Of a stretch of 11,712 bases of DNA, positions 1 through 8,258 are shown one piece after another (the stretch's first letter is position 1; each line of letters starts with the position of its first letter). Origin of the DNA: Vulcanimicrobiota bacterium (GTDB taxonomy: Bacteria; Vulcanimicrobiota; Vulcanimicrobiia; Vulcanimicrobiales; Vulcanimicrobiaceae). The position numbers were made by a program, and so were the translations under genes. The notes under the pieces were generated by a model. That model was not told the origin of the DNA. It was given only the letters and a program-made list of their open reading frames with translations, and did not search any database. The stretch is from assembly GCA_003133025.1 (NCBI GenBank), contig PKZK01000112.1:1-11712 (forward strand). Reading direction: 5' to 3'.

Positions 1-2
1 AG

Positions 3-1022
3 CTCGCGAACATTCCGATCGGCGCGCAAGGCGTTCTCGACGGCCTAAACGTCGGCCGCCAGCGCAACTACGGCGTCGAGTTCCAAATTCGCCACGGCGA
101 GTTCGAGCGCGACGGCCTCTCGGAACTGCTCAGCTACACCTTCACGCGCAGCCGCGTTCGGTACAGCGACTTCGGCTTCGGCGGCGCCAACGAAATCGAC
201 AATCTCAACTCGTACATCAAGAATTACAACGCCTACACCAGCGCCTGCGCGAACGGCAAGAACAAGGCGCTCTGCGGCACCACGTCCAACGGCCAGCCGG
301 CCGCGCAATGCTACACGCCGACCGGCGTAGCCGATCCGACATGCAGCGGCGGCGACATCGCCAACCCCTACTGGTCGCTCGCGCCGCAACCGCTGCTCGA
401 TCGCAACGGCGAATACACGCCCTACGACATCTTGCCCGTGCCCTTCTACGGCTCCAACGGGTACGAGACGCCGCACGTGGCCACGTTGATCCTCAACTAC
501 AAAAAGAGTCGCCTCTCGGTCACGCCGAGCTTCACGTTCTCGTCGGGCTCGTTCTACGGCTCGCCGCTCTCATATCCGGGCTACGACCCGACCACGTGCA
601 CCTCGAACAACGGCTCGAGCCTGCAGGCCAACACGCAGACGTGCTCCGGCTACATCTTCATCCCCGACAAGTACACCGGACAGTTCGATTCGTTCGGTAC
701 GCTGCGCGAACCGGCGCGACTCACCGCGAACTTGCAATTCGGGTATGAAGCCAGCAAACGCGTCAACTTCACGCTCTCGATGACCGGCCTGCTCGACCAG
801 TGCTTCCAGCGCGGCTATCCGTGGGACGCGCCCTCGACCTGCGTCTATTCCAACCTCGCTTCGAACAAGCTCGCTCCCGCCGGCAACTTCATCAGCGATC
901 CCTCGCAGGTGCCGCCGCAGCTGCTCTATCCCTACGGCAGTTGGTACAACAACTCGCAGACCGGCTACGTGGGGCAAAAGTTGCCGTTCGGGGCGTTCCT
1001 TTCGATGGACGTCAAGATCTGA
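3..1022 (+). CDS. TonB-dependent receptor-like outer-membrane beta-barrel protein, C-terminal part (5'-truncated by the window)
   Basis: The frame of ORF 432..1022 is open back to position 3 (LANIPIGAQGVLDGLNVGRQRNYGVEFQIRHG...LLSYTFTRS...). It shows TBDR-type strand motifs (NVGRQRNYGVEF, LSYTFTRS, PHVATLILNY, LTANLQFGY, NFTLSMTGLLD), is Tyr/Asn/Gly/Ser-rich, and ends in an amphipathic strand (GAFLSMDVKI). Stop TGA 1020-1022. Confidence 0.8.
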   Translation, partial: LANIPIGAQGVLDGLNVGRQRNYGVEFQIRHGEFERDGLSELLSYTFTRSRVRYSDFGFGGANEIDNLNSYIKNYNAYTSACANGKNKALCGTTSNGQPAAQCYTPTGVADPTCSGGDIANPYWSLAPQPLLDRNGEYTPYDILPVPFYGSNGYETPHVATLILNYKKSRLSVTPSFTFSSGSFYGSPLSYPGYDPTTCTSNNGSSLQANTQTCSGYIFIPDKYTGQFDSFGTLREPARLTANLQFGYEASKRVNFTLSMTGLLDQCFQRGYPWDAPSTCVYSNLASNKLAPAGNFISDPSQVPPQLLYPYGSWYNNSQTGYVGQKLPFGAFLSMDVKI

Positions 1023-2581
1023 TGCTGGGATCGCCGCGCTCGCGGCGCCGCTTCCTCTCCGGAGCGGCGGGCGCGGCGTGCGCTTCATTCGTGTGGCGGC
1101 CGCCGGGAAGCGCGGCTGCGACGCCGCAACGCGGTACTCCGTCGATCGCGATCGTCGGCGCGGGCATCGCCGGATTGACGGCGGCGCTCGTGCTCCACGA
1201 TCGCGGCGTTCGCGCGACGGTCTACGAAGCCCAAACGCGGCTCGGCGGCCGGGTCAAATCCGAGACGGGGTTTTGGGGCAACGGCCAAAGCTCCGAATAC
1301 GGCGGTGAGCTGCTCGATAGCGACCACACCACGATGCAAGCGCTGGCCAAACGCTTCGGACTGCCCCTGACCGACGTACTCAAGGCCGAGTCTCCCAGCG
1401 AAGAGCAGACGATCGTCCAGCACGGCGGCTACTATCCCCAAAAGGAACTGTTCCGCGATTTCCGTGCGCTCTATCCGACGCTTGCGGCGCAAGTCGCCGC
1501 CGCGGGGCCGGCAACGACCTTCGCGCATTCGACGCCCACGGGACGCGCGCTCGACCGCATGAACCTCAACGAGTGGATCGCACGCTTCGTGCCCGGCGGA
1601 CGCGCATCGAATTTGGGCACGTTCATCCGGCTGCAGTACGTGGCGGAGTACGGCATCGAGCCGGAACGGCAGAGCGCCCTCGACACGATCTACTGGCTCG
1701 GCCGCCAGCCGGACTACGATCCGAAGACGGGCGAATTCGTAGCGCTCGGTCCGTCCGATCAGCGCTATCACATCACGGGCGGCAACGACCAACTGCCTTA
1801 TGCGATGGCCAAGGCGCTGCCCGCGGAGTCGATTCGCCGCGGGCACCGGCTCGAAGCGATCGCGCGCCGCTCCGACGGACGCATCTCGCTGCACTTCGCC
1901 ACGCCCGACGGCGCGAGCGAGATCGTCGCCGATCACGCGATCGTGACGCTCCCCTTCAACGTGCTGCGCGGTCTCGACCTGAGCCGCGCGGGCTTCGACG
2001 AACGCAAGCGCATCGCGATCCAGGAGTTGGGCTACGGCGACCACTCGAAGCTCGTCGTGCAATTCGACGAGCGCTATTGGACGGGCACGGGTGCGTGGCC
2101 CGGCAAGAGCACGGGCGACATCACCTATGACGGTCCGTTCATGCAGGCCTGGGAGATCACGCGCGGCCAGCCGGGCAAGGCGGGTCTGCTCGTCAACTTC
2201 GCGCCCACCTCGCAGAGCCGCGCGATGGGCGCCGCCGGCGCGTACGGCACGAGCGCGAACGATCCGCTCGTGGCCGACGACGGCCGCGGTTTCGTCGACG
2301 CGCTCGAACGCGTGTGGCCCGGTGCGCGCACCCATTACACGGGCAAAGCCGTGCTCAGTCATTACATCGCCGACCCCTACGCGCTCGGCAGTTACTCCGG
2401 CTGGCTCGCCGGACAGTACACGAAGTTCGCCGGCTACGAACGCGTGCGCCAAGGCAACGTGCATTTCGCCGGCGAGCACTGCTCCGTGCTCCTGCAGGGC
2501 TTCATGGAGGGCGCCGCGCGTGAAGGCGCGCGAGCGGCACGCGAAGTGCTCGCTTCGGCCAACGTCGCACGTCCGGCATGA
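1022..2581 (+). CDS. Flavin monoamine oxidase family FAD-dependent amine oxidase with twin-arginine (Tat) signal peptide, 519 aa
   Basis: True start is most likely ATG 1022 (TGATG overlap with the upstream stop), not 800. N-terminus MLGSPRSRRRFLSGAAGAACA...SAAA is a Tat motif plus A-x-A site. FAD motifs IAIVGAGIAGLTAA, YEAQTRLGGRV, EYGGELLD; conserved Lys in YGDHSKL; C-terminal DPYALGSYS and VHFAGEHCS...GFMEGAAREG. Confidence 0.92.
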   Translation: MLGSPRSRRRFLSGAAGAACASFVWRPPGSAAATPQRGTPSIAIVGAGIAGLTAALVLHDRGVRATVYEAQTRLGGRVKSETGFWGNGQSSEYGGELLDSDHTTMQALAKRFGLPLTDVLKAESPSEEQTIVQHGGYYPQKELFRDFRALYPTLAAQVAAAGPATTFAHSTPTGRALDRMNLNEWIARFVPGGRASNLGTFIRLQYVAEYGIEPERQSALDTIYWLGRQPDYDPKTGEFVALGPSDQRYHITGGNDQLPYAMAKALPAESIRRGHRLEAIARRSDGRISLHFATPDGASEIVADHAIVTLPFNVLRGLDLSRAGFDERKRIAIQELGYGDHSKLVVQFDERYWTGTGAWPGKSTGDITYDGPFMQAWEITRGQPGKAGLLVNFAPTSQSRAMGAAGAYGTSANDPLVADDGRGFVDALERVWPGARTHYTGKAVLSHYIADPYALGSYSGWLAGQYTKFAGYERVRQGNVHFAGEHCSVLLQGFMEGAAREGARAAREVLASANVARPA

Positions 2582-3939
2582 CCACGTTACGCGCGGGCGT
2601 GCTCAACATCTGGGAAGTGTTGGCGCAGTCGATCGCGATGCTCGGCCCGACGATGACGCCGGTGTTGATCGTGCCGCTGATGTACGGTTCGGCCGGAAAC
2701 GCGAGCTGGCTCGCCTACGCGTTCGGTTCGCTCATGCTGCTCGCGGTGGCACTGAACATCCGGGAGTTCGCCTCGCGCTCGCGCTCGACCGGCTCGCTCT
2801 ACACGTTCGCGGGCCGTGCCTTCGGCCCACGCGGCAGCCTGCTTTGCGGTTGGGCACTCATCTGGGCATACGTCTTCGTCGGCGTCGCGGGCCTCGCGGG
2901 CTTTGCCGTCTTCACGAACGCACTGGGTGCGATCGTGCGCCTCAACGTGCCGCCGGTCTTCACGGTGCTGGCGTGTCTCGCGGTGGCGCTGGCGCTGGCC
3001 TATCGCGACATCAGGCTCTCCACGATCACGCTCTTGCTGCTCGAGGGCGTCTCCGTTTCGTTGATCTTGGCGCTGATCGCGCTCGTCATCGCGCACCGCG
3101 GCACGCTGATCGACACGGATCAACTCGCGCTGCGCGGCTCGAGCCTGAGCGGCATCGGCCTCGGTGCGGTGATCGCGATCTTCTCGCTGGTCGGCTTCGA
3201 GAGCGCGACCGCACTCGGCGATGAGGCCAAAGACCCGCTGCGCACGATCCCGACGGCGGTGATCGTCAGCGTGCTGATTTCGGGCGCCTTCTTCATCTTC
3301 TGCGCCTACGCCGAGGTGCTCGGGGCGCACGCTCTCAAGACGCCGCTGGACAAGATCGGCACGCCGCTCGACGCCCTGGCCGACGCGGTCAACGCGCCCG
3401 CGCTGAAGATTGCAATCGACGTGGGCGCGCTGCTGAGTTCGTTTTCGATTACGCTCGCCGCACTCAACGCCGGGGCGCGCGTGCTCTACTCGATGTCGCG
3501 CGAGCGGCTCTTTCCCGAACTGCTCGGCCGCCTGCACGCCGACCATCTCACGCCGCACGTCGCGCTCGGCTGCTTCGCGGGGTCGCTCGCGCTGATCGGC
3601 GGGGGCATGCTCCTCGCCGGCCGCGCGCCCCTCGACGCCTTCAACGACACCGCGACGCTGGGCGCGTTCGGGTTCGTGGCCATCTACGCTTTCGTCGCGC
3701 TCGGCGCTCCGGTGTACTTGAAGAAACTCGGCGAACTCAAGCCCGTCAACGTCGTATTGGCCGTCGGCACGCTGGCACTTTTGATCATCCCGGCGATCGG
3801 CAGCGTGTACCCCGTGCCGCCCCCGCCGACGAACTATTTCCCGTACGTCTTTGCCTCGTACTTCTTGCTGGGCGTCGCACTGTTGTGGCGACGCAGCGGA
3901 CAACTGTCGAAAGAAGGCACGCTCGTCGAGACGGCGTAG
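2578..3939 (+). CDS. APC family amino acid/polyamine permease, 453 aa
   Basis: About 12 hydrophobic segments; APC motifs GSLYTFAGRAFG, FSLVGFESATALGDEAKDP, ARVLYSMSRE..FP, TPHVA. ATGA overlap with the oxidase stop. Confidence 0.92.
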   Translation: MTTLRAGVLNIWEVLAQSIAMLGPTMTPVLIVPLMYGSAGNASWLAYAFGSLMLLAVALNIREFASRSRSTGSLYTFAGRAFGPRGSLLCGWALIWAYVFVGVAGLAGFAVFTNALGAIVRLNVPPVFTVLACLAVALALAYRDIRLSTITLLLLEGVSVSLILALIALVIAHRGTLIDTDQLALRGSSLSGIGLGAVIAIFSLVGFESATALGDEAKDPLRTIPTAVIVSVLISGAFFIFCAYAEVLGAHALKTPLDKIGTPLDALADAVNAPALKIAIDVGALLSSFSITLAALNAGARVLYSMSRERLFPELLGRLHADHLTPHVALGCFAGSLALIGGGMLLAGRAPLDAFNDTATLGAFGFVAIYAFVALGAPVYLKKLGELKPVNVVLAVGTLALLIIPAIGSVYPVPPPPTNYFPYVFASYFLLGVALLWRRSGQLSKEGTLVETA

Positions 3940-3978
3940 CACGCGCGCGCGATCGTCCCCGGCGAAACCGTAGACCGT

Positions 3979-5388
3979 CTAGCCTTCCAACTCGGGCTCG
4001 CGGCCGACGAAGAGGGGCGCGATGTGCATGCGCCGGCCGCGCCACAGCGCGAACGGAATGCCCAGGGCCAGCCCGGCGATCTCGACTGTTTTCGTCTTTA
4101 TGTCGGACTCAGCGATATCGACGCCCACGATCGCGATCAGCGCGAGCGCGGACAAACCGGGAATCACGTAGGCCTGCAATGGCGTCTCGCCGGGGCGCTT
4201 GGCGAGCAGTTTGATGGCCGAGAGCGTCGACATGCAGAACAGCGCGCCCAGGAATACGGCCGTGCCGTTGAGCACGAGGTTGAGGATGTCGTTGGCCGAG
4301 GGCCAGAAGCCGGTCAACAGCGTGAACCCGGCGACGCACGCGAACACCACCAGCAGCGAATTCACCGGCACGCCGCGTCCGTCGAGCACGCCGATCTGCT
4401 TGGGCAACACGCCGTCGCGACCCATCGCGTAGACGCTGCGCGACAGATACAGGATGGTGGTCCACAGCGTGGCCGCCGTCGAGACGAGCACGGTCGCATC
4501 GATTGCCAGACGCCAACCCGGGCCGCCGAGGCGCGACGCCACGTAGGCCATCGCGTCGGTCTGGTGCGCGGAAAAACCCGGGACGCTGCCGACGTGCAAG
4601 AACGCAGCCATCGCGCCGAGCAAGATTACCGTGGTGACCACGAGCGCAATGATCCCGCCGCGACCCGACGTATCGGCAGGGCCGGTCGACTCCTCCGAAG
4701 CCGATGCCGAAACTTCCCAGCCGTCGGTCATCCAGATGCCGAGCACCATCGCGGCGATGATGCCGCCGAATCCGGGCGAGGGCAGCGCAACGGCCGTCGC
4801 CGCAAAGTGCTCGGCCGGCGGATGCACGATGAACGCGGCGGCCGCGGCGACACCGACGACGACGAGTTCGCCGATCAGGAAGAGCGCGGTCACCAGCGCC
4901 GTCGGTCGCAACCCGTAATACAGCAGCACGGTGCTGGCCACGATCCAGAGCGCGCCGACGATCGCATCCCAGAGCGGCTCGGTCGCATGTTGCGGCGCGA
5001 CCAGCGCCAGCGTGTAGGTCGCCGCGGGCAACGCCGTGGTCATCGTCGCGAAGTAGTTCGAGAGCAACAGGAGCCAGGCAGCATACGTGCCGCCTGCCGG
5101 ACCGAAAGCGCGCGCGCTCCACGAGAACGACGACCCGGCATCGGGCAACACGTCGGAGAGCCGCGCAAACGAGAGCGCGACGCCGACCATGATCAAACCC
5201 AGCAGCGCCAGGGCCAGCGTCGCGTTGTTGCCTGCGGCCGCAACCATCGGACCCATCGTCGAAGCCAAACTATAGGCCGGGCCCATCGCCGCCGAAGCCA
5301 GCACGCCGACGTCGAACAGTCCCAGGACGCGCGGCAACCGGCGACGCCCTTCGACCTCCTCGGGAACGAGCGGTTCGGTCTGCGTCAT
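3979..5388 (-). CDS. APC family permease, 469 aa
   Basis: Real protein is the C-terminal part of ORF 3979..6615, starting MTQTEPLVPEE at ATG 5388 (ATGA overlap with the upstream stop). Motifs PDAGSSFSWSARAFG, WMTDGWEVSASASEE, SRSVYAMGRDGVLP; multiple TM helices. Confidence 0.9.
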   Translation of the reverse strand: MTQTEPLVPEEVEGRRRLPRVLGLFDVGVLASAAMGPAYSLASTMGPMVAAAGNNATLALALLGLIMVGVALSFARLSDVLPDAGSSFSWSARAFGPAGGTYAAWLLLLSNYFATMTTALPAATYTLALVAPQHATEPLWDAIVGALWIVASTVLLYYGLRPTALVTALFLIGELVVVGVAAAAAFIVHPPAEHFAATAVALPSPGFGGIIAAMVLGIWMTDGWEVSASASEESTGPADTSGRGGIIALVVTTVILLGAMAAFLHVGSVPGFSAHQTDAMAYVASRLGGPGWRLAIDATVLVSTAATLWTTILYLSRSVYAMGRDGVLPKQIGVLDGRGVPVNSLLVVFACVAGFTLLTGFWPSANDILNLVLNGTAVFLGALFCMSTLSAIKLLAKRPGETPLQAYVIPGLSALALIAIVGVDIAESDIKTKTVEIAGLALGIPFALWRGRRMHIAPLFVGREPELEG

Positions 5389-6857
5389 TCGAGGAAAGGT
5401 GCGACCGGTTCGGCTTCGAGTTTGGGCGCACCCGGACGCAAGAGCGAGTGACGATACCCGTAGAGCACGTAGACCAGCATGCCCACCAGGAACCAGACCA
5501 CGAAACGAATCCACGTGCCGCCGGAGAGCCCGCCGATCATCAGGTACAGACACAGCAAAAAGCCGAGTACCGGGACCACGGGAGAAAACGGCGCACGGAA
5601 CGGACGGCGTGCGTTCGGTTCGGCATAGCGCAGCGCGAACACTCCGGCGCAGACGATCGCAAACGCCGAGAGCGTGCCGATGTTGACCAGCGAGAGCAGC
5701 ACGTCGAGCGGCACGATGCCGGCTAGCACCGCCACGATGCCGCCCGTGGTCACCGTCGTCAAGAGGGGCGTGCGCGTCTTGAGGTTGACGCGGGCCACGA
5801 TCGGCGGCAGCATCCGGTCGCGCGCCATCACGTAGAAGATGCGCACCTGGCCGAGCAGCGAGGTGAGCATCACCGTCGTCGTGCCCGCGATCGCGCCGGC
5901 CGTCAAGATGGCCGAGACGATCGGATTGTTGCCGGCATGTTTCACCGCATCGGCCATGCCCGCATCCTTGTCGATGTGCTCCCAGGGCACCACGCCCACC
6001 GTGACCCAGGCGATCGCGACGTAGAGCACCGCGCCGATCAAGAGCGAGAGAATGACCGCCAAGGGCACGTCGCGCTCGGGATGCTCGGCTTCTTCGGAGG
6101 CGACGGTCACCGTGTCGAAGCCGATGTAGGCGAAGAACACGAGCGCCGCTCCTGTCACGACGCCCTGCGTGCCGTGCGGAAAGAGCGGCCGGAAGTTGCC
6201 CGGATGCAGCGCGCCGAGCAAGGCCACCACGAAGATCACGATCGCGACCAGTTGCACGACCACGAGCGCGCCGTTGAGCGACGCAGACTCCCGAATGCCG
6301 ATCGCGATCACTGCCGTCACCGCGAGCACGACGAGCATCGCGACGAGGTCGACGGTGGAATGCGCGAGGTCGACGCCGCCGCGCGAGATCGCGAGATGCG
6401 CCGTTTTGGCCCAATCCGGTAACGCGATGCCGTAGTTTTGCAGGAACGACTGCGCGTACCCCGACCACGACGCCGCCACGGGCGCCACGCTGATGCCGTA
6501 TTCGAGGATCAGATCCCAGCCGATGATCCAGGCCACGACCTCGCCGAGCGTGGCATAGGCATAGGTATAGGCGCTCCCCGCGATGGGCACCATCGAGGCG
6601 AGTTCCGCGTAGCACAGCGAGACGAAGACGCAGGCCAGGCCCGAGAGCAAGAACGAGAAGATCACGGCGGGCCCGGCCGCGAGCGTCCCGACGCCGACGG
6701 TCGTGAAGATGCCGCCGAGCATCGTACCCAAACCCACCGAGACCAGACCCGCCAAGCCGAGGCAGCGGCGCAGGGCGTTGCCGCCCGACGTGCGCGCGCT
6801 ATCGTAGGGCTGGCGCGCGAAGAGCCGGCGCAGGATCGACCCGGACGTCCCCGGCAC
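5385..6857 (-). CDS. APC superfamily amino acid permease, cationic amino acid transporter (CAT)-like, 490 aa
   Basis: CAT-family signatures CYAELASMVPIAGSAYTYAYATLGE..AWIIGWDLILEY, FFAYIGFDTV..ASEE, RIFYVMARD.MLP, LVNIGTLSAF, RPFRAP, TWIRF..W...G...Y..YG. GTG start overlaps the upstream TAG by 1 nt. Confidence 0.93.
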   Translation of the reverse strand: MPGTSGSILRRLFARQPYDSARTSGGNALRRCLGLAGLVSVGLGTMLGGIFTTVGVGTLAAGPAVIFSFLLSGLACVFVSLCYAELASMVPIAGSAYTYAYATLGEVVAWIIGWDLILEYGISVAPVAASWSGYAQSFLQNYGIALPDWAKTAHLAISRGGVDLAHSTVDLVAMLVVLAVTAVIAIGIRESASLNGALVVVQLVAIVIFVVALLGALHPGNFRPLFPHGTQGVVTGAALVFFAYIGFDTVTVASEEAEHPERDVPLAVILSLLIGAVLYVAIAWVTVGVVPWEHIDKDAGMADAVKHAGNNPIVSAILTAGAIAGTTTVMLTSLLGQVRIFYVMARDRMLPPIVARVNLKTRTPLLTTVTTGGIVAVLAGIVPLDVLLSLVNIGTLSAFAIVCAGVFALRYAEPNARRPFRAPFSPVVPVLGFLLCLYLMIGGLSGGTWIRFVVWFLVGMLVYVLYGYRHSLLRPGAPKLEAEPVAPFLE

Positions 6858-7774
6858 TAAGCCGACGTTACCGCAAAATCGAGCACGCGCGGGCGCAGGT
6901 GCAGCGCGCGTAACAGCCCGCCGTAGTCGTCGGCGGTCACGTCGTCCCAGCGCTTGCCGAGCAGCGCCAGCAGTGCCGCTTCGACGACGTTGGTGCCGAA
7001 CGAACGCCCGCCGAAATCGGGCGTGGTCGTGACCAAGCGCGCGATGCCGCGCGACCGCAGTTCTTCGATGTCGGCGGCGGTCACCGTGTTGGTCAAGACC
7101 AACTTACCGTCGAGACGGTCGGGCATGAACTGCCGCATGAAGTGGAAGTCGCCCGCGATGATCTCGGCTTCGGCGTAGTACTCCGGATACTTGGGCTGGG
7201 GCGGCCGGTCTTGCTTCTTCCCGGTCGGATAGAAGAACTGGAACGGCAACTTACAAGCGTCGGGCAAGTACTTCTCGGCCAGCGCTTCGAACTCGGCGAG
7301 GCCGCGCACCGGTTTGTCCAAGTCGAGCGCGAAGATGAAGTCGCCGAAGAGCACGTCGGCGCCCGCCTCGACCAGCGCCTGCGCCATGCCGAAGCGGTCG
7401 AGCGCGCTGACCATGAGCACCTTGCGCCCGGCCAACGGCACGTGCAGCTCGTCGTGCAGAAAGCGGATCGCTTCGCGTTCGAGCGTGTTCTTGAGCCCGC
7501 TGCCGTCGACGACCGGCGTGGTCTGCGCGGCGGCCAGCAGCCGCAGTCCGTCGCGCACCGCATATCGCTTGCTGCCCGCGTAGAGATAGACGTCGATGCC
7601 GCCCACGCCGATCGCATCGACCGTGCCGTCGAGTTCCTTGATGCGGGCCACGGCCTTGTCGAGCGAACCGTCGGTGCCGTAGCGCGCGATCTCGAAGCGT
7701 TCGCCGAGCAGTTCGACCTCGGCGCGATGATCGCGCGAGGACGAACCGAGCGAAACCGAGACGATGCGCTTCAC
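6857..7774 (-). CDS. Conserved uncharacterised alpha/beta protein of the type usually auto-annotated 'quinate 5-dehydrogenase', 305 aa; function unknown
   Basis: Probable start GTG 7774 (GTGA overlap with the OsmC stop, GAGGG just upstream) giving MKRIVSVSLGSSSRDH. Family-like motifs GTDGS, DAIGVGGID, PVVDGSGLKNTLE, DRFGMA, GDFH, TNTVT, RSFGTNVVEA recognised from memory of this family. Confidence 0.75.
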   Translation of the reverse strand: MKRIVSVSLGSSSRDHRAEVELLGERFEIARYGTDGSLDKAVARIKELDGTVDAIGVGGIDVYLYAGSKRYAVRDGLRLLAAAQTTPVVDGSGLKNTLEREAIRFLHDELHVPLAGRKVLMVSALDRFGMAQALVEAGADVLFGDFIFALDLDKPVRGLAEFEALAEKYLPDACKLPFQFFYPTGKKQDRPPQPKYPEYYAEAEIIAGDFHFMRQFMPDRLDGKLVLTNTVTAADIEELRSRGIARLVTTTPDFGGRSFGTNVVEAALLALLGKRWDDVTADDYGGLLRALHLRPRVLDFAVTSA

Positions 7775-8253
7775 GGGACCGCCCTCGAGACGGCGGGCTC
7801 GTGTTCGACCGGAAAATCGACCGAGTTTGCGATGAAGCATTGCGCGCGCGCGGCGTCGTGCAAGTCGAGCGCGCGGGCGAGTTGCGCGTCGTCGCACGCC
7901 GCGTCGATCAGCACGCCCGGCCGCAGCAGCGCGCCCGTCACGCGGCCCGAGCCCTGTTCTTCCACGAGCGTCGCGCTCGAATCGTCGGTGTAACTCACGA
8001 CCGGAATGCCTTCGCGTCCGCACAGCGCGAGATAGCTGAGCATGTGACAGCCGCTCAGCGCCGCGAGCAGAAGATCCTCGGGATTGTGCAGCGAGCCGTC
8101 GCCGCGGAAGAACGGGTCGGCCGAACCGCGGAGCGGCGCCTTGCCCGCGATCTCCACCACGTATTCGCGCGAGTAGCCGGCGTAGCTACGCGTCGGCCCT
8201 GCGTTCGCGCCGCTCCAACGCAGCGTAGCCTTGTAGGGATGCTCGCGCGTCAT
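7771..8253 (-). CDS. OsmC/Ohr family protein (putative thiol peroxidase), 160 aa
   Basis: C-terminal part of ORF 7771..9261 starting MTREHPYKATLRWSG at ATG 8253. Motifs GSADPFFRGD, NPEDLLLAALSGCHMLSYL and AQCFIANSV supply the two conserved Cys. Confidence 0.92.
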   Translation of the reverse strand: MTREHPYKATLRWSGANAGPTRSYAGYSREYVVEIAGKAPLRGSADPFFRGDGSLHNPEDLLLAALSGCHMLSYLALCGREGIPVVSYTDDSSATLVEEQGSGRVTGALLRPGVLIDAACDDAQLARALDLHDAARAQCFIANSVDFPVEHEPAVSRAVP

Positions 8254-8258
8254 CGAAC

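Noticed and set aside
800..1021. N-terminal extension of the oxidase ORF (800..2581)
   Set aside because: Overlaps the receptor gene in another frame; ATG 1022 gives a coupled start and puts the Tat motif at the N-terminus.
3940..3978. Terminator between the convergent permeases
   Set aside because: Only a 3-bp CGG-CGAAA-CCG stem and a short CG run, with no U-tract; too weak to call.
3979..6615. 878-aa ORF suggesting a large fusion or frameshifted permease
   Set aside because: The first 409 codons are an Arg-rich off-frame reading of the CAT permease; both permeases are complete and joined by an ATGA overlap.
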